A DNA stretch of 58,657 nt, counting the filler, from Sphacelaria rigidula (lineage: Eukaryota): NCBI GenBank assembly GCA_964200075.2. It is 5 parts of 5 records of this genome, joined end to end, with 100 filler letters (N's around TTAATTAATTAA, not from the genome) between each part and the next. Parts side by side here need not be neighbours in the genome. Positions count along the whole stretch, not along the records: positions 35,258 to 46,907 come from CAXNAA020004663.1; positions 47,008 to 58,657 come from CAXNAA020004664.1; 3 more parts are not named here. One strand, given 5' to 3'. Under the pieces are notes generated by a model. It was not told the DNA's origin. It made no database searches and was given only the letters and a program-made list of their open reading frames with translations. Position 1 is the first letter of the stretch, and each line of letters starts with the position of its first letter. Shown in pieces: positions 37,205 to 50,879 of the stretch. The position numbers and the translations under genes were made by a program.

Positions 37205-40200
37205 TTTATATACACTGTTTTGATATTCCTCATAATTTTGTTACAAGAAATTGATAAATAAACAATGACAAAAACCGAAAGTCTGGTGGGCTTTACGGGG
37301 CTTACATATTTTCTTCCGGTCTTCAATATATATTTATATGTTGAAAACCCTCCTACATTTCTCTGTAACGAATGCCGTTTCTTCGTTCTCCCCCTGCGCT
37401 ACTGGGATCTGATGGAAGCCCTAATAAACTGGTGTCTACCAATGTGGAAGTCATGAGACTCCCGGTGACTGTAGGAACCGTCGAAGGTGGCCGATGATTT
37501 TCCTCGGGTTATGTAGTCAAGGATTGACCGTAAGTCATGTGGTTGAGGCAAGTATGTTGGAAATATTTCGTGGCTCGTGGCGTTTAGTACTGTTCTTAAA
37601 ACAGACCGACTACTGTCCCGAAGACAGTAGGGTAGCAGAGGGTGCACAGTGGTTGTTAGACCGCTTGCTCCTGCAGCTCAGAATAGAATCAGTGAGACAA
37701 AATGGTTGATGAGCTCTTCATCTGGCCAAGAAAAACAGAACGCACAGCCTCTCCTCAAAGCAGAGAGCTGGAGGTAGTGAAGGAGAGTAATTGAAAAGAG
37801 CGATAGAAACCACCGATTACAAACATGCTCAATCCTGGAACAAGAATCAAAGACTGCTGCACGTACGTAGGTTCCAACCGTACCATTCAATTCAACCTCG
37901 CTACTACTGACGTGGTAGCCTTGCCAGCTTAAGTCAACTGCAACCTGCCACACAAGATATCCTACAACTTACGTGGTCTAGATACTCGCTAGAGTATTGA
38001 CAAGTCATGGCAATACGCCTACTCTAGCAATATTCTACTCGAGGCCCCATCCACACAGAAGAGGCACTCTTCCTGGAAAGATACAACGTGACTATACTAC
38101 ACGGTTCGAAGTTTCGTTAAACTGCAACACGTTGTGCCGCTATTTTCTGTTGTTGCAACGACTCAATCCAAAACACAATGCATATAGACTGTACCGTCTA
38201 GATGATTTGCAACGAAGTAGATCACTCGGGAAGCTCGACAAGCGCGAGTCCGAAGACGAGGTCGAAGTCGAAGTCGAAAGTGATCCCCAGGCATAGCCAG
38301 CAGTTCGCTGGGAAGGTCCCTGTTACCATGGGATCCCAGATCCGGCTCTACAGATATGGGAGTTTCGGGGCTCCTGCGAGAACTACCCCTGCCTGCAACA
38401 GCCGTTCACTAGGTCACACGTCATGAAGGAAATATCTCCGCACATGCCCAAATGGCGATCTCCACATATGTGAATATAATATATATATACTATAAGGAAC
38501 ATATATACTGTATATATTATACATAATATATTTATATGAATCATTTCACATATTTCATAACTATTGTCGAGTTTTCCCTGGCGGCGAGGCATGTTGCCCC
38601 GCGCTGTCTTTTGCAGTGCACTGAGGAGGCTCAGCGGTACACTATCGTTCAGGTTTGGGTGTCATCTGATACCTGTGGCGCGTGTTCTGGGCTCCAAAAG
38701 TCGCTCAAACTGGCTCTTTTTCGCCGAGTGTCGATCCTGGACCACAAAAGCCTTTCCAAGATTATGGAAAACTTGAAACAGGAACCTGAGCCACAAAGCC
38801 TGTGGAAGATGATGAAACATACTTACTTTTGGAGGGATATTTTTGCCCGTGTTTCTCTTTGTCGCGTTCTCGTTCATTTGGGAGCACGAACACATCGGTT
38901 ATGCCGCCAATGTCACGAGAACATGAGAGCAAAGTAGTTGAAAACAATTGAACATTGGCTTGGCCCTAGCCAGCAGCAAACACAAGACCGTGTAGTGGCG
39001 AGTTGAACAAGGCACAGCAGTATGGCAGCACAGGAATGTTTTGCCCCAAAAAGCAATCACCCTGTTGTAAAAAACGGCCCGGTGATGTGGAAGCTACAGA
39101 CAGTGATGGGCAATCATTTCAGACAAGAAGCACGACTCTGCGGAATATATGGCTAGGTAGGTAGGTAGGTAGGTTGCTAGGCGACATGATCTGTCAACAA
39201 CACAGACTTTACTATTTGCTTTCGAAACACAACCGTAGAGTTCAGTAAGTCCGCAACCATTGGGTTTGGGGGCTCGGAGGTTTCTACTCTGTTCGTTTTC
39301 GAGACAAGACCGTGCAGTACAATGGGGTGTTTGCGCGGATAAAATTTGGGTCTGGTCCTAAAGTTCAGAGCAAGATGGGACTATCACCCGACTTCGGTAA
39401 AACAACCAGCTGTCAAAGACCCCACCAGCTACGATGATGTGAAGACCAAATTTGGGTGTTGGGCTCGGTCTCTACTGTTGGCCCACAATCCCAAGTCCGC
39501 TCGATCCTTAACGGTACGCTGTTTTGGGAAGCAAACTTGCCCCCAAAGTCCGCAGCAAAAGACCGTTCTGATCTTCCGTCAGTTTGGTCTTTTCGATGTA
39601 CATGCTTTTGGTCGACCAACCCGGAGGGTTTTCCGTCCTCCCGGCGCATACCGCACCACCAGCTCTCTCATCGAGCGTAGGGTGTACACCAGTCCATACG
39701 CCGACGACGGTTGATGTCACACTGGTGTTCTCATGAAGTCCGCACAGCAGCATATGCACAAAGGAAGAGTGTTGAGCACAACTTGACACAGACAGTGCGA
39801 CGTAATCGCTAGCAAAGCAAGCCACGACCCAAGATGGGAGAGTATGTAGCTCACTGATCCTGTTATCGGCTCGTAACTCAAACCGTATGTTTTTCTCATA
39901 CAAGGGCAGTCGTCGACAGTAGACAGCTGCGGTTGAAAGTAAGCACTGAGCTCCTTCTGAAAAGGAAACACCACTGTGATATAAGGAAATTATGTTACTC
40001 GTGACTCACTCGTATTGTTAGCTTGTCACGGCTCGCCACAGGTTGACCTTGCGCAGAATAGATGAAAGGCTGATGTTCTTCTTGTGGATTCTCTACGGTA
40101 GAGGCTTCGCTGAGTTGGAACGCAAGTGCCTCGCCTGGGCGATGAGGCACACGAATACCCTCAAAAGCTCCTAGCTACGCATACAATCTTGTCATATAAT

Positions 40201-40567
40201 TACTACTCCCCGTGACGCACTGTACCCCAAGCCAATCAAAAGCTGTAGTAGCGGCAGGTACACGCAGCCATTCGGGTACAATCCTTTCATCCTCAACCCG
40301 CGGCGGCAGTAATACAAACACACATTCGACTAGAATCCTTCCATACCCGCTGGTCGTTTCTGGGGACCATCTGCATATCCAGAAGGAAACTAGTTTTAAT
40401 TCAATCCCTCAGTCATATACCATCACAGACAGTGAGTAGCACGAATGAGATAGACAAACATGAGGTGTATCCGGCTTGCACGGAAGTTCAAAGCAGGAGA
40501 AGGAGGCAAACACCCGATACAGCAGGACACGTTTTTCGGCTCACCTCCCACAGATGATGGTAACTCG

Positions 40568-41095
40568 AGGTGAATAAAAAATTGTTCGCGCGAAGCGCGA
40601 TCATGGCCGAGCGTTTAAAAATCGGCACTCGGCAAAAAGTGAGGCCCCATTTATAATGAGGGGAAGAACTGTCACATTGGACATGTGTAGTTTCACCGTG
40701 CTACAGCACAAACATACTCACGCTCTCTCTCATGTGCTGTAGCTGTCACTGTGCTGTGGTGTGTTCGGACCTTTGCGAAGATGGTTTGGTCTCCGCTGGG
40801 ACTGCGTCAGTTGCCTTACCGTCACTGCCTTGGTCTTGACAGAAAATGAGCGAAATTATGTTTGTCGGCACGAAGTGCTGTATACACACTACTGCCGGCG
40901 TTGGCTGTTTCGTCTTACGTCAAACGAACAAGGCGCTTCCCAAGCCCATCATTTCTACGCTGTAGTTATCGCTGCACTGTTGTGCAATCAAGCACTTTAC
41001 GACGAACATGGTGTGATGTGGGCTAGAGAGGGCCTGAACAATTGTACTGCTGCATGCCGTGTTCCTGTCTGCACCTAATTGGGGTGGGATTAAGG
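40568..41095 (+). repeat. Diverged ~530-bp repeat, copy 1 (likely TE end)
   Basis: Colinear with 42000-42537: AGGTGAA...TTCGCGCG, GGTTTGGTCTCCGCTGGGACTG, GTCAAAC(G/A)AACAAGGCGCTTCCCAA, TAATTGGGGTG. Confidence 0.75.
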
Positions 41096-41999
41096 TGCTG
41101 TACACAAAGTTGAAACGATTACGTGACGACTGTGCAGCTGGTCTTTGGTAGTTCAGTTGTACTCGGGTGCTGTGATCAGAGGAGACACGCAAGGCGGACG
41201 CGTGCAGGTTGGGGCAAAAAAACTGAGTCAGCGAGGAGCTTCTGTATACCAAGCGGTTGATGGTAGCAGCTGTCTGCCTTGATGTCCCATGTGATCGTTC
41301 TTTCCCTCATTTCAGGCGGGTCCTCACTTTTTTGTAATCTCCCCAAAACGCCGGCGAAGGAAAGCATATCACAAGGTCATGGCGCACCCATGACAGTAGA
41401 CTACATGAATAGGAGTGTACTGCGTACAGCGCAGGAGCGGAAAGACTGTCGCTCCGGTAAGCAGTACACTTTGTTTTCGATGTAGGCTGTTGGCTAGGGT
41501 GTCTCGTTGTCAGCGGCGTGACCTCGGGAGTTGCTCCAGTCTCAGAAGTAATCAGCGAACCTGATATATAGCCGCATGTCTCAGTAAGCGCTTTGGAGGT
41601 CCAAAACCAATCAATCGCCGCTGTGTTGACACTGCGATTTACGTTGTTCGTGCTAATCGCTCTTGTATACAGCCAGTACTGCCTGTTGGATGTGCTCCAG
41701 TCAGCTAATTATCGGCTCATCTGCCACAGATCGGGATAACTCAAGGGACGGCTGCCGAGATAGCCCCCCCCCCCCTAACCGGCCAAAAACGTGCATGGAG
41801 GCGATGATCATAAGCGCCGCTAGAGCTGGTTTCGTGCTGCACGACGCCACTCATTTGGGCGTTATAGCTGATTTCGGACTGCTACACGCCTCTCATGTGG
41901 ATGAAATCGCTGCAGACGAGCCTAATAGTGGGATCGCAGCCGGTTTGTCGGACGGTCTTCGGCGCTCTTCTTGTTGGGGAGCTATCTCGGCATTAGTCA

Positions 42000-42537
42000 A
42001 GGTGAACATAAATTATTTTCGCGCGGAGCGCAAACGTGGCCCAGCGTTTGAAAACCGCCACTCGGCCGAAATCGAGCCTATCCGAAATCAGGGGAAGACC
42101 CATCGCATGGGACATGTCCTGTATCACTGTGCTGCAACACAAACACACTCGTGCGCTGTCTCTTGTGCTGTAGCTGTCGCTGCGTTGTGGTATCTCCAGG
42201 CCTTTTTGAAGACGGTTTGGTCTCCGCTGGGACTGACTGCATGAGTTCCTTTATTACTGTCATAGCGTTCGTCTCTTTGGAAAATAATGCTGTCGACACC
42301 CAGTTCTCTCTACACACTGTTAAACCCTTCATGGTGTATTACGTATTTCGTCTCGAGTCAAACAAACAAGGCGCTTCCCAAACCCACCATTTATATGCTG
42401 TATTTGTCGCTGTGTTGTTGTGCATCTAAACACTCTGCGGCTATCACGGTGCGATGTGCGCTTAAGAGTGCCTGAACAGTTGTAATGCTGCATGCTGTGT
42501 TTGTGCCTGCACATAATTGGGGTGAGATCTAAGTATT
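42000..42537 (+). repeat. Diverged ~530-bp repeat, copy 2
   Basis: As copy 1; similarity stops just before TGTCGCCC at 42538. Confidence 0.75.
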
Positions 42538-43139
42538 TGTCGCCCTTTGGAAGAATCATACTCGTACTTGGGTTGGGAATGGACACGGATAATAATACAC
42601 TTTATACTACGACCTACTGTCTGTTACGTAGAGTTTATCTGGACGCTCCGCAGATATAGAGAAAATACTGCGGGAGAAACCCTCACGTATTTACACCCAC
42701 TCGCACTTGATTGAATATCGTCGAGCTGAACACCAGTACATGTGTACGAGGATTGATTCCGGTACATGCGGTGCAGATTGATGAAATATCATGGGAACCG
42801 GATTTCGTTCACGGGAATGGGTTGTGTCATGACTGGATGTGTGACATATGATGGAACCCAGCGTGCGGTCCTACCTTCCATGCTCAGTTCTGTCTTTGGT
42901 GCATTTTGGTCATCGCATTCCGGGTGGAGAAATCAGCTCGGGTGGAACTTGCACGGTTGATGTTTGGTGAGTGAAGATTATAGGAGTTTAATACAAGGAA
43001 AAGGTATGCACGTTCCCCTGTCCAGAGCGCGTCCTCTACGGGGCAGTCCTTTCATCAATTACGCTAGCGGTTTTGGAACGGGTTGAGTGCAGCCGGGAAA
43101 AGCAGGGAAGTAAGAAGCGAGTTTGAGCAATATTCAGCA

Positions 43140-43350
43140 GCATTCACAGCGCTTGATCCAGCTCGAGGCAAAGTACAGCAGCATTAGATAGCGCTTGAGC
43201 CAACGGAAGGGTCACGCAATTAGCGTTTGTTACACTTTTAGCAGAATATAGCAGCTTGGATAGCGCTTGAGCCCACGGAAGGGTCACGCAGTTAGCGTTT
43301 GTTACAGTTTGAGCAAAATGCAGCAGCATTATTTGATAGCGCTTGAGTCA
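43140..43350 (+). repeat. ~72-bp tandem repeat upstream of copia gag
   Basis: GATAGCGCTTGAG recurs at about 43187, 43259 and 43335; two near-identical units GGAAGGGTCACGCA(A/G)TTAGCGTTTGTTACA. Confidence 0.8.
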
Positions 43351-43442
43351 AGGAGGAAGGGAGTCAACAAGTGAGAGGTCAAACACGTATGAGATGATCA
43401 ATTCAACAACAAGTAACAGCAAAAAATAATTGAAGTCTATCA

Positions 43443-45966
43443 ATGGCTAGCATGAAGAAGTATCGTACGGAACAGTTAACGGAAACGCTTCGGCTTATGA
43501 AGGCACAGCAGGCCAAAACACTGCGAATCATAAAAGAAAAACAAGCCGAGATGGGAGGAAAACAGGCAGAGCATATTGAGGCCGCAACACGCGATTCTGT
43601 TGTAGAATACGAAAGAGATAGGAGTGTGCATTTTGGTGCAGGCGCACAAGGTAATTCCACGGTGGGTGCAGCAAATCGCGACCAACAGATCAATCCACGT
43701 CTTTTTCAAGAGTTCCGAAACGATAACTTCACGGGAGGACAACGTGCCCAACCGAACTTTGTAAGAGTACGTAGCAATACGAGTATTCACACATGGGACG
43801 GTTCAGTAAAAGCAGGGGAAAGTTTGGAGTCGAAGTTTCGTGTGTTTCAAGTGCAGATGATCGGATATTTTCGTGCCGAGAAATGTTACGATGCTCTGTA
43901 TGCTCAGGACCCCATTCGCGTTTTTCATGGGTCACAGGAGGAGTTGGTATTGCAGCACGGGTACATGGCAGTGGAGAAAGCTCAGCGGGTCCACGAAATA
44001 TTGCTCGAGAAAATCATAGCCCCCGGAATGGTCGAGAATTTTGCGATGAATAGGTCACCTAGTGAGTCTTGGGACTATTTCGTCCAGTACTACACCGGTT
44101 CCTCCCACCAAAGAGAAGGCCCGTCTGGAGCAAGAGTGGACATCCCTACAGATGTTCCCGGGCGAAAGCCCTCTCGTGTTTCTGAACAGGGCGAATTGAA
44201 TTCGCCACAAAAGGCATCATTTCGGTCACCTAATTTCTGAGGTTGATTCCAACAGGCATTTTGCACGTAGGCTGTCTTTAGAGTACGAGATTCAGAGAGG
44301 AATTCTCCTCGCCATGTCAGAAATCGATACAGAGACCCTACACTGAACGGTGAACACTGCTCATGTTGAACTGGAAATGTCAAGCAGTAGAGTAGGCTCC
44401 CCGAATAATCATGGTCTATTTGCGACAGGTGATGATGACTCCAACAGGGACGTATCGGCGACGTGACGTGGGACTCGGGGGGGCAGGAGGAGCAACCACT
44501 GCCGGGAATGCGGTTCAAACCGCAATGGCCATCATTCCTCATACAGCAACCTCCATTCGGCTGACCATCAACAATCACCGAAACATAACTCCCGTAAACA
44601 TTCCCAATCCTCATCCCCACGCCAATCCCACAACAGCCACCTCAACTTCAACCACAACACAACCCCCCAACCCTCGTCATGCAATGTTCGCAACTGCAAT
44701 ATATGCAGTGATCGAGGTGTGAATTCCCACACACGAAGTGATAGGTGGAGTAATGTCGATCACTGACAGGGCTATCGAGATTTCCACCCAGAAAATGGTT
44801 TCGCACATAACGGGGAAAACCACCTGCCTTGCGATTACTCCTCCAACAGCTCCCACGCTCATGCGAATCATGTACAACGATCCCCGGATTTTGTCTCCGA
44901 TGACAAGTTCGTCTCACAAGACGGCAATAACTTTGATGGTGCAAGAATCGCCCATTCCGTACACGTCGTCCCTCAATACCATGCCGAGCAACAGCCACAG
45001 CTCCTACCATCCCATCACATCCATCACCAGCAGCAACCACACGAATACCATGGCTACTGTCAGCAACAGCCACCGCTGTGACAACAATATCAACAGCAAT
45101 GGCAACACTATCCTACTCCGGAATACAGCCCTCATCATCATCAATACCAATCTGCGGTTTCACGTCACGACACGTGTCAGCAACATCAGCAACCGGTAGC
45201 CCCCCCCACTACATCATCCCCGCCTGTCGATACGTTTCCTCTGGAACGTCCACGACTACTAATGGCGCGTTCCATGCCCGCAGGCGAGTCTCGTTTTCGG
45301 CTTGGTGATTACGATTCACGTAGGTATGATGTGCTAGGTTGTGGTACTACATTTGGTGAAGATGACCATGCAGAGGAATGGCTCGCAGATACCGGCACCA
45401 CGTATCATGTTACGGGTAGTGTAGATGATGTTTTTTATTTACGCCCCCCTCCTCAGGGTAGGGAACATTTCGGGATGGGTGACGGGACCAGACTCCCTGT
45501 TAAGGCAGTAGGTAGCTTGAAGTTGACATTTCACATGGGATCTTTGGATGTTTCAGTCCCCCCAAGTGAAATCGCAATACAGCTGACCGATGTCTACGTC
45601 GTAGAAGGCATCAAGTTCAATATTTTCTTCCTTTACCACATGCAGGGGCGACATGATATCGTTTTGAATTCCACCGGAGTACATTTGCTCAATGTCGGAT
45701 TACGATTTGACCGCAAATTGCGAATTTCATCACAGGTAGCGACGCGTCTTCCCCTCTACAACGTTAGTAAGTCTCATCCCTCAAGTACTGTAGTTTCGAC
45801 TCCCTCAACCACTGTAGTTTCGCCCTCCAGTGTAAGGTCAGATACACCTACTGTGGCTTCGCCAACCAGTGTACGGTCAGATACACGTACTACTGTAGAG
45901 TCAGATCTCCCTACAACTGTAGAGTCTTTACGTACTACGGTAGAGTCTTCACCGGCAGCTGCCTGA
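43443..45966 (+). mobile_element. Decayed Ty1/copia LTR retrotransposon gag-protease region
   Basis: The gag ORF from 43443 shifts frame near 44110 into EKARLEQEWTSLQMFPGESPLVFLNR...ISEVD...LSLEYE (UBN2-type copia gag). Degenerate Zn-knuckle CNICSDRGVNSH at ~44695. Copia protease motif WLADTGTTYHVTG at ~45379, then GDGTRLPVKAVG and LTDVYVVEG. No integrase or RT seen before the scaffold end. Confidence 0.82.
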
Positions 45967-46795
45967 ACTGTTTGCGATCAATCTGATCTCCGGAATTCTG
46001 CCGTAGAATTTCCCCCGGCGAATCATGCGCCCAATATTACTATAGCGTCTTGTATTCAGCCCCCGAGTGAGGAAAGAGATAAATTTCATTTTCCCCCCAG
46101 TATTGGCTCACGCCATTATTCCGCCGAAGGCGTTGTGTCCCGCCCCCTCGCTTTCTTTGTCCAGCTCGCCTCCGCTACAAGCGTTCTGTCTGACACATCA
46201 GGTGTCGGAATCCAGTCTAGTTCCCCAGCAAGTAGTGTACCTTCCGTGCGACCTGTTCCGCGTGTACAGCTGCTGCGACCACCGCCGTTACCGCTCGACG
46301 GCAGGGGGGGTTATGGAGCGAGTACCGTCGCCGATCCGCCGGCATCCCCGCAGCCGCTGATGAACGCGGTAAAACCTGAGCCGACGCCGCCGTTATTTTC
46401 ATGCCATTCTGCCTTATCGCCAAATCAATATCACTACATCTCCACCACTGCCGCGCCGCCGTTACCATCACTTCCACCCACCGCAGCATCGCAACATATA
46501 CATTTTGCCAGCACCGCTGTGCCGCCATCATTTCCACCCACCGCAGCACCGTCACAATTAGATTTCCCCACTACCGCTGTGCCACCGTCACCATTCCCAT
46601 TCACCACCACGCCACAACAACCATACTTCATCACAACCCCAAGTCCGACGCGACAAATGCCAACAACATTGCCGCCACCACCGACACAGTCGGCGACACA
46701 TTTCAATGCGCGGCGTCGTCGGCGCCGGTAAAACGGAGCGGGGGGGGGCGGTGTCGATGGGTAGGAGCAGGGAATCAATGACTCATCCTACGATA

Positions 46796-46852
46796 GGGGG
46801 TGTACTCATGATCATGCTTGCCATAGTCATCAGACCATTGACCTCGACCTCG
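46796..46852 (-). mobile_element. Same repeat, truncated copy C, with 15-bp TSD
   Basis: TCCTACGATAGGGGG at 46786-46800 and 46853-46867. Confidence 0.65.
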
Positions 46853-46907
46853 TCCTACGATAGGGGGGGGGGGTATTTGGTTGCACGAAAACCAAGGCTC
46901 ATAGGCG

Positions 46908-47007
46908 NNNNNNNNNNNNNNNNNNNNNNNNNNNNNNNNNNNNNNNNNNNNTTAATTAATTAANNNNNNNNNNNNNNNNNNNNNNNNNNNNNNNNNNNNN
47001 NNNNNNN
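46908..47007. other. Artificial scaffold spacer
   Basis: Same spacer. Confidence 0.97.
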
Positions 47008-48612
47008 GAGAACAAACAGTGCGCGAGCAGAGTTCAGTAGTGCAGTGCCGTACATCGCCCCTCAAGTACAGCGACAACAGCTAGGAGAGTACAGTAGCGT
47101 TCGTTGAAGTGATGCATATGGCAGCGCAGTAAAAAATATTACTATCGCCGTAGGGTATGGCGTCAGCACTTATTATCCGCTTGTCAAACCGCGTGCGTAG
47201 TTGCTTCAGCAGCTGGGGCCGGCAGTACGCATGCCCTGTGCTGTCACGGGACTGTTTTCTGCTGCCGTTGCAAAACTATCACACGCCTCGTACTCTAGCA
47301 ATGTACGTAAATGCACGTACGTCACCTCAAAAAAATCGGGGGGAAACGTTCCGGGATCGTGACCCCTCGATTTTTCGCCCCCGATCTGATCCAAAGCCGT
47401 GTCCATAAAGTGCGTTCCCCGATTTTTTGTTCCCCCGATATTGAAAAAATCGAGATTCGTGCCTGCCATAAAAGTGGGTCTAAGCCCAGATTATCTGGCT
47501 TCTCGCAAAACCCCCGTAGGAGAGGGATACACAGAGGAGACGCACGGAATAAAAGGCTGCAATGAACAAGGGAAAACCCTTACTACATATTCCGCTTGAT
47601 TGCGTGCCGTCACCTTGGTGCGGATCCACCACGCATGCCGCATTGCACTCGTGATGCGCCTCTCAGAGTGAGGGAATGTAGCTACTGTATCTCAGGTAGA
47701 GACTGTCGTTCTGTTTGTTGCACATGTTCTCCGAGTGGCATGCTCAGGACAACGGCTAGCAGGAGCTGCCCCGTGTGATGTGCAAAACGAGTTACTGCAG
47801 CCTGTGCACTACGGCACTGTTTTCTACTGTGCCGTGGAACCGGAACGGAGAATGACCGCCATATACGTTTTGCATTGGCCCGATGAACCGATACCCGATC
47901 CCTTTCTGGTGTTGCAGACTTCGTCCTGCGATTCACAGTTTGTCGGCAGCTATACGGACAGACCTCTCCCCCATGCACGTGCAATATGGGCCGTCGTTGT
48001 CGGTGTCGGGAAAACTGCCTAAAAAACACATGTCTTGATTGATCGGGAATTGGTTTCGCGTGTTTCGGAGCCCTTGGCTCAAAGATTAACACATGTACGT
48101 GTTTGCATTGGGAAGCCCTTAAAATGAGCCGTTGATATGTGACTCGATGGGTGCGGTGGGGAACCTTCGAAGAAAAACCCTGGCATCCTCCAGTAGTGAA
48201 GTGATTCCCCCACCATATTATTTTACAGTGACGAGTGTTGTTTGAAAGGATGTGCTGAGTGCTCCAGGACATGTGGAGTATGGTCACGTCGGGCTCACAT
48301 CATACCCTATCCGACCAATGCTTGACGTATGTTGTATATGCATGCGTGGCCGTGATATACGAGGAGAAGCGTCGCACACACAAAATGTGTCCGATTGCAC
48401 TGCAATACATGGCGCAGCGGCGTGAAACGACTTGGCATTAGAAGAACTCTAATGGGAGCCGTTCATCTACTTTTTTCGATTTTTTTCAACGAGTGTCAAC
48501 AAGAGCCACTTTTATCGAACAAAATCGTTACGATTTTGAACAAAACTAACCACTAAATTCTGAGCAGAACGTGGATTTCGGCCAAGCGCTCAGAATCAAG
48601 AGACGATTCTAT

Positions 48613-49092
48613 GGCCGCTCCTTTTAGACTTGAGAAAAATCTCTCTTAGAACTGCCCTTTTAAATCTTTCATCACGGATTATTGGCGGAAGACAGGCCTT
48701 GGCGGATTTGGCCTCCTCCGAAAGATTTGCTATATTTTTTTTTCGAGTATTCCAGCGCGCTTGTCCGATCTTTTGTACTCCCAGGTTCACTTTTGGCCGG
48801 ATTCTGGATTTTTCAGTCGCCTCAAGAAACTTCGAGTTGACGGGGAAAAGTACGTAGTTTCCCCGACAACTGCGCGATTTTCGCGACGACTGAAAAAATC
48901 CAGAGTCCAACCAAGAACACAACTGGGAGTACAAATGTTCGGACAAGCGCGCCGGAATACTCGTGAAAAATATAGCAAATCTTTCTGAGGAGACCAAATC
49001 CGGCTAGGCCCGTATTCCGCCAATAATCTGTGATGAAAGGTTCGAAAGGGCAGCTCTCCGAGAGATTTTTCTTCAGTCTATGAGATGCGGCC
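48613..49092. mobile_element. Fully palindromic 480-bp MITE (Tourist/Harbinger-like)
   Basis: GGCCGC...GCGGCC ends; the arms are imperfect reverse complements along their whole length with a tiny loop near 48853; flanked by TAT and TAA. Confidence 0.8.
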
Positions 49093-49095
49093 TAA

Positions 49096-50879
49096 GACCG
49101 ACTCTAATTGCAGCCGTTCAGATTTTATTTTTCAGAAATTTTGATCAGGTGGTCACAAAACCGACCATTATGGAACAAAATCGTCAAGACTTTGACCTCC
49201 TAAATTCTCAACGGACCCAAAAAAATGAAAACTGTTGACAAAGCATTCAGAATTTGGGGACAATTCTGAACGCCTGAGGACCTGTTCAAAACTTGGCACA
49301 AGAAGTAAAATGGAACATGTCATGTTTTGTCGTACAACAGCACACGCAGACGGCCTGCGGCTCTCTCATGTACTGCACCCATCACTGCACAATTGTGTAT
49401 TCAAACCTTGCCAAACTTGTCCACCGTAGTCTCTGCTGGATTACCTGAGCTGCTGTACTACTATTGATGCGAACAACTGCAGTTGGCAGGCAGTGCTCTC
49501 TTGCCCGAGTTGAAAATGCAATGCTGTTGACTCGAAGTTATAAAAATCAAATTCACGTGATTATCATGGGCGCACATATGGTTTCCATCGCCATCCGTAG
49601 CCACGCTGGCTTTAATTCCACCACCAGCAGTAGCCACGCGTGAGACACACTCGACGTGCACGGCTCCCACAGAGAGATGCGCACAGCTATATTTCCCAGC
49701 ACTTCGCCGAGTGAATAAGCGTGAGCCCATCGGCGGGTAGTACGGACTAGCGCTTTCCAGCACGGTGGCTATCACGCGCAAGGTGAGTGGGCTTTGTCGC
49801 ACGTTTAAAACGCGGACTGTCTCTCGGACGAGGAAGAGCAGCAACAGTAGCAGCAGAAGCAGTATTGGCCCCGGCTGATTCAGACCCACCCCCTGCAGTA
49901 CACATCTACCGAAAGTAAAGATGCTGCTGCTGCTGCTATTGCTTTTCCTCCTTTTTTCCGTGTGACAGACGATCCGTGCTTCGACCCGCGACAATGTCCG
50001 TCACCGGGCGTATTATTGCCTACCTACTTCGAACCGATTGTGCTTGTCACCCCACTGCAGTTTCAGTACGTATCGCTTGTTTTCCCTGTGATGGACGCTG
50101 GCTTCATTCCCATCACCAGCAATAACACCGCGTGTAAGACACACTCGATGTGCACAGCTCCCTCGGAGAGATTCGCACAGCTACTTCTCCCAAAACTTGG
50201 CCGAGTGAGAAAGCATGGACCCATCGGCGGGTCGTACGGACTAGCGCTTTCCAGCACGGCAGCTATCACGCGCAAGATGCGTCGGCTTTGTCGCACCATC
50301 AAAATGCGGACCGTTTCTCGCACGAGGAAGAGCAGCAACAGCAGCAGTATCGGCACCGGCTGATTCAGACCCACCCACAGCAGTATATATCCACTGGTAG
50401 TAAAGCTGCTGCTGCTGCTGCTATTGCTTTTTCTCTTTCTCGAGCTGGAGGCCGTCCGCGTTTCGACCGGCGACAATGCCCATACACCCTTGCGCGTGGT
50501 TGCCGCCCTGCCTGAAGGCGCTGGTCTATTCCGTACTGTTACCGTCATTGCATCACTCGTCTCTCCCCCTACATTGGAACGGCGTGTGATATCTCGTGAA
50601 AATGAATTTGTAAACCGTCACGTCATGTCACGTCACTATCACAAAATGATTCTCGCTTTCCTTGTTTCGTCACAATGCCGCCTCATGTGCTACATCTTTT
50701 GGGGGTGCTGTTGTAGAGATGCACACCTCCTCGGTCACGCCAACTTCAACATACATGCACGACTTCAAATTTATGCCATAATAATGTGCTTTTTGATACC
50801 GGTTCAGAATCGTGGCAGAAAAAAACGCGTTGAAATTCTTGAAAAAATAAATAAATGAAGGGCTCCATCAGAGTTGGCC
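49096..50879. mobile_element. PIF/Harbinger-type element B, same family as A, nested inside A
   Basis: TAA at 49093-49095 and 50880-50882; ends GACCGACTCTAATTGCAGCCG and GGCTCCATCAGAGTTGGCC; internal blocks colinear with A; internal duplication 49600-50000 vs 50095-50480. Confidence 0.7.
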
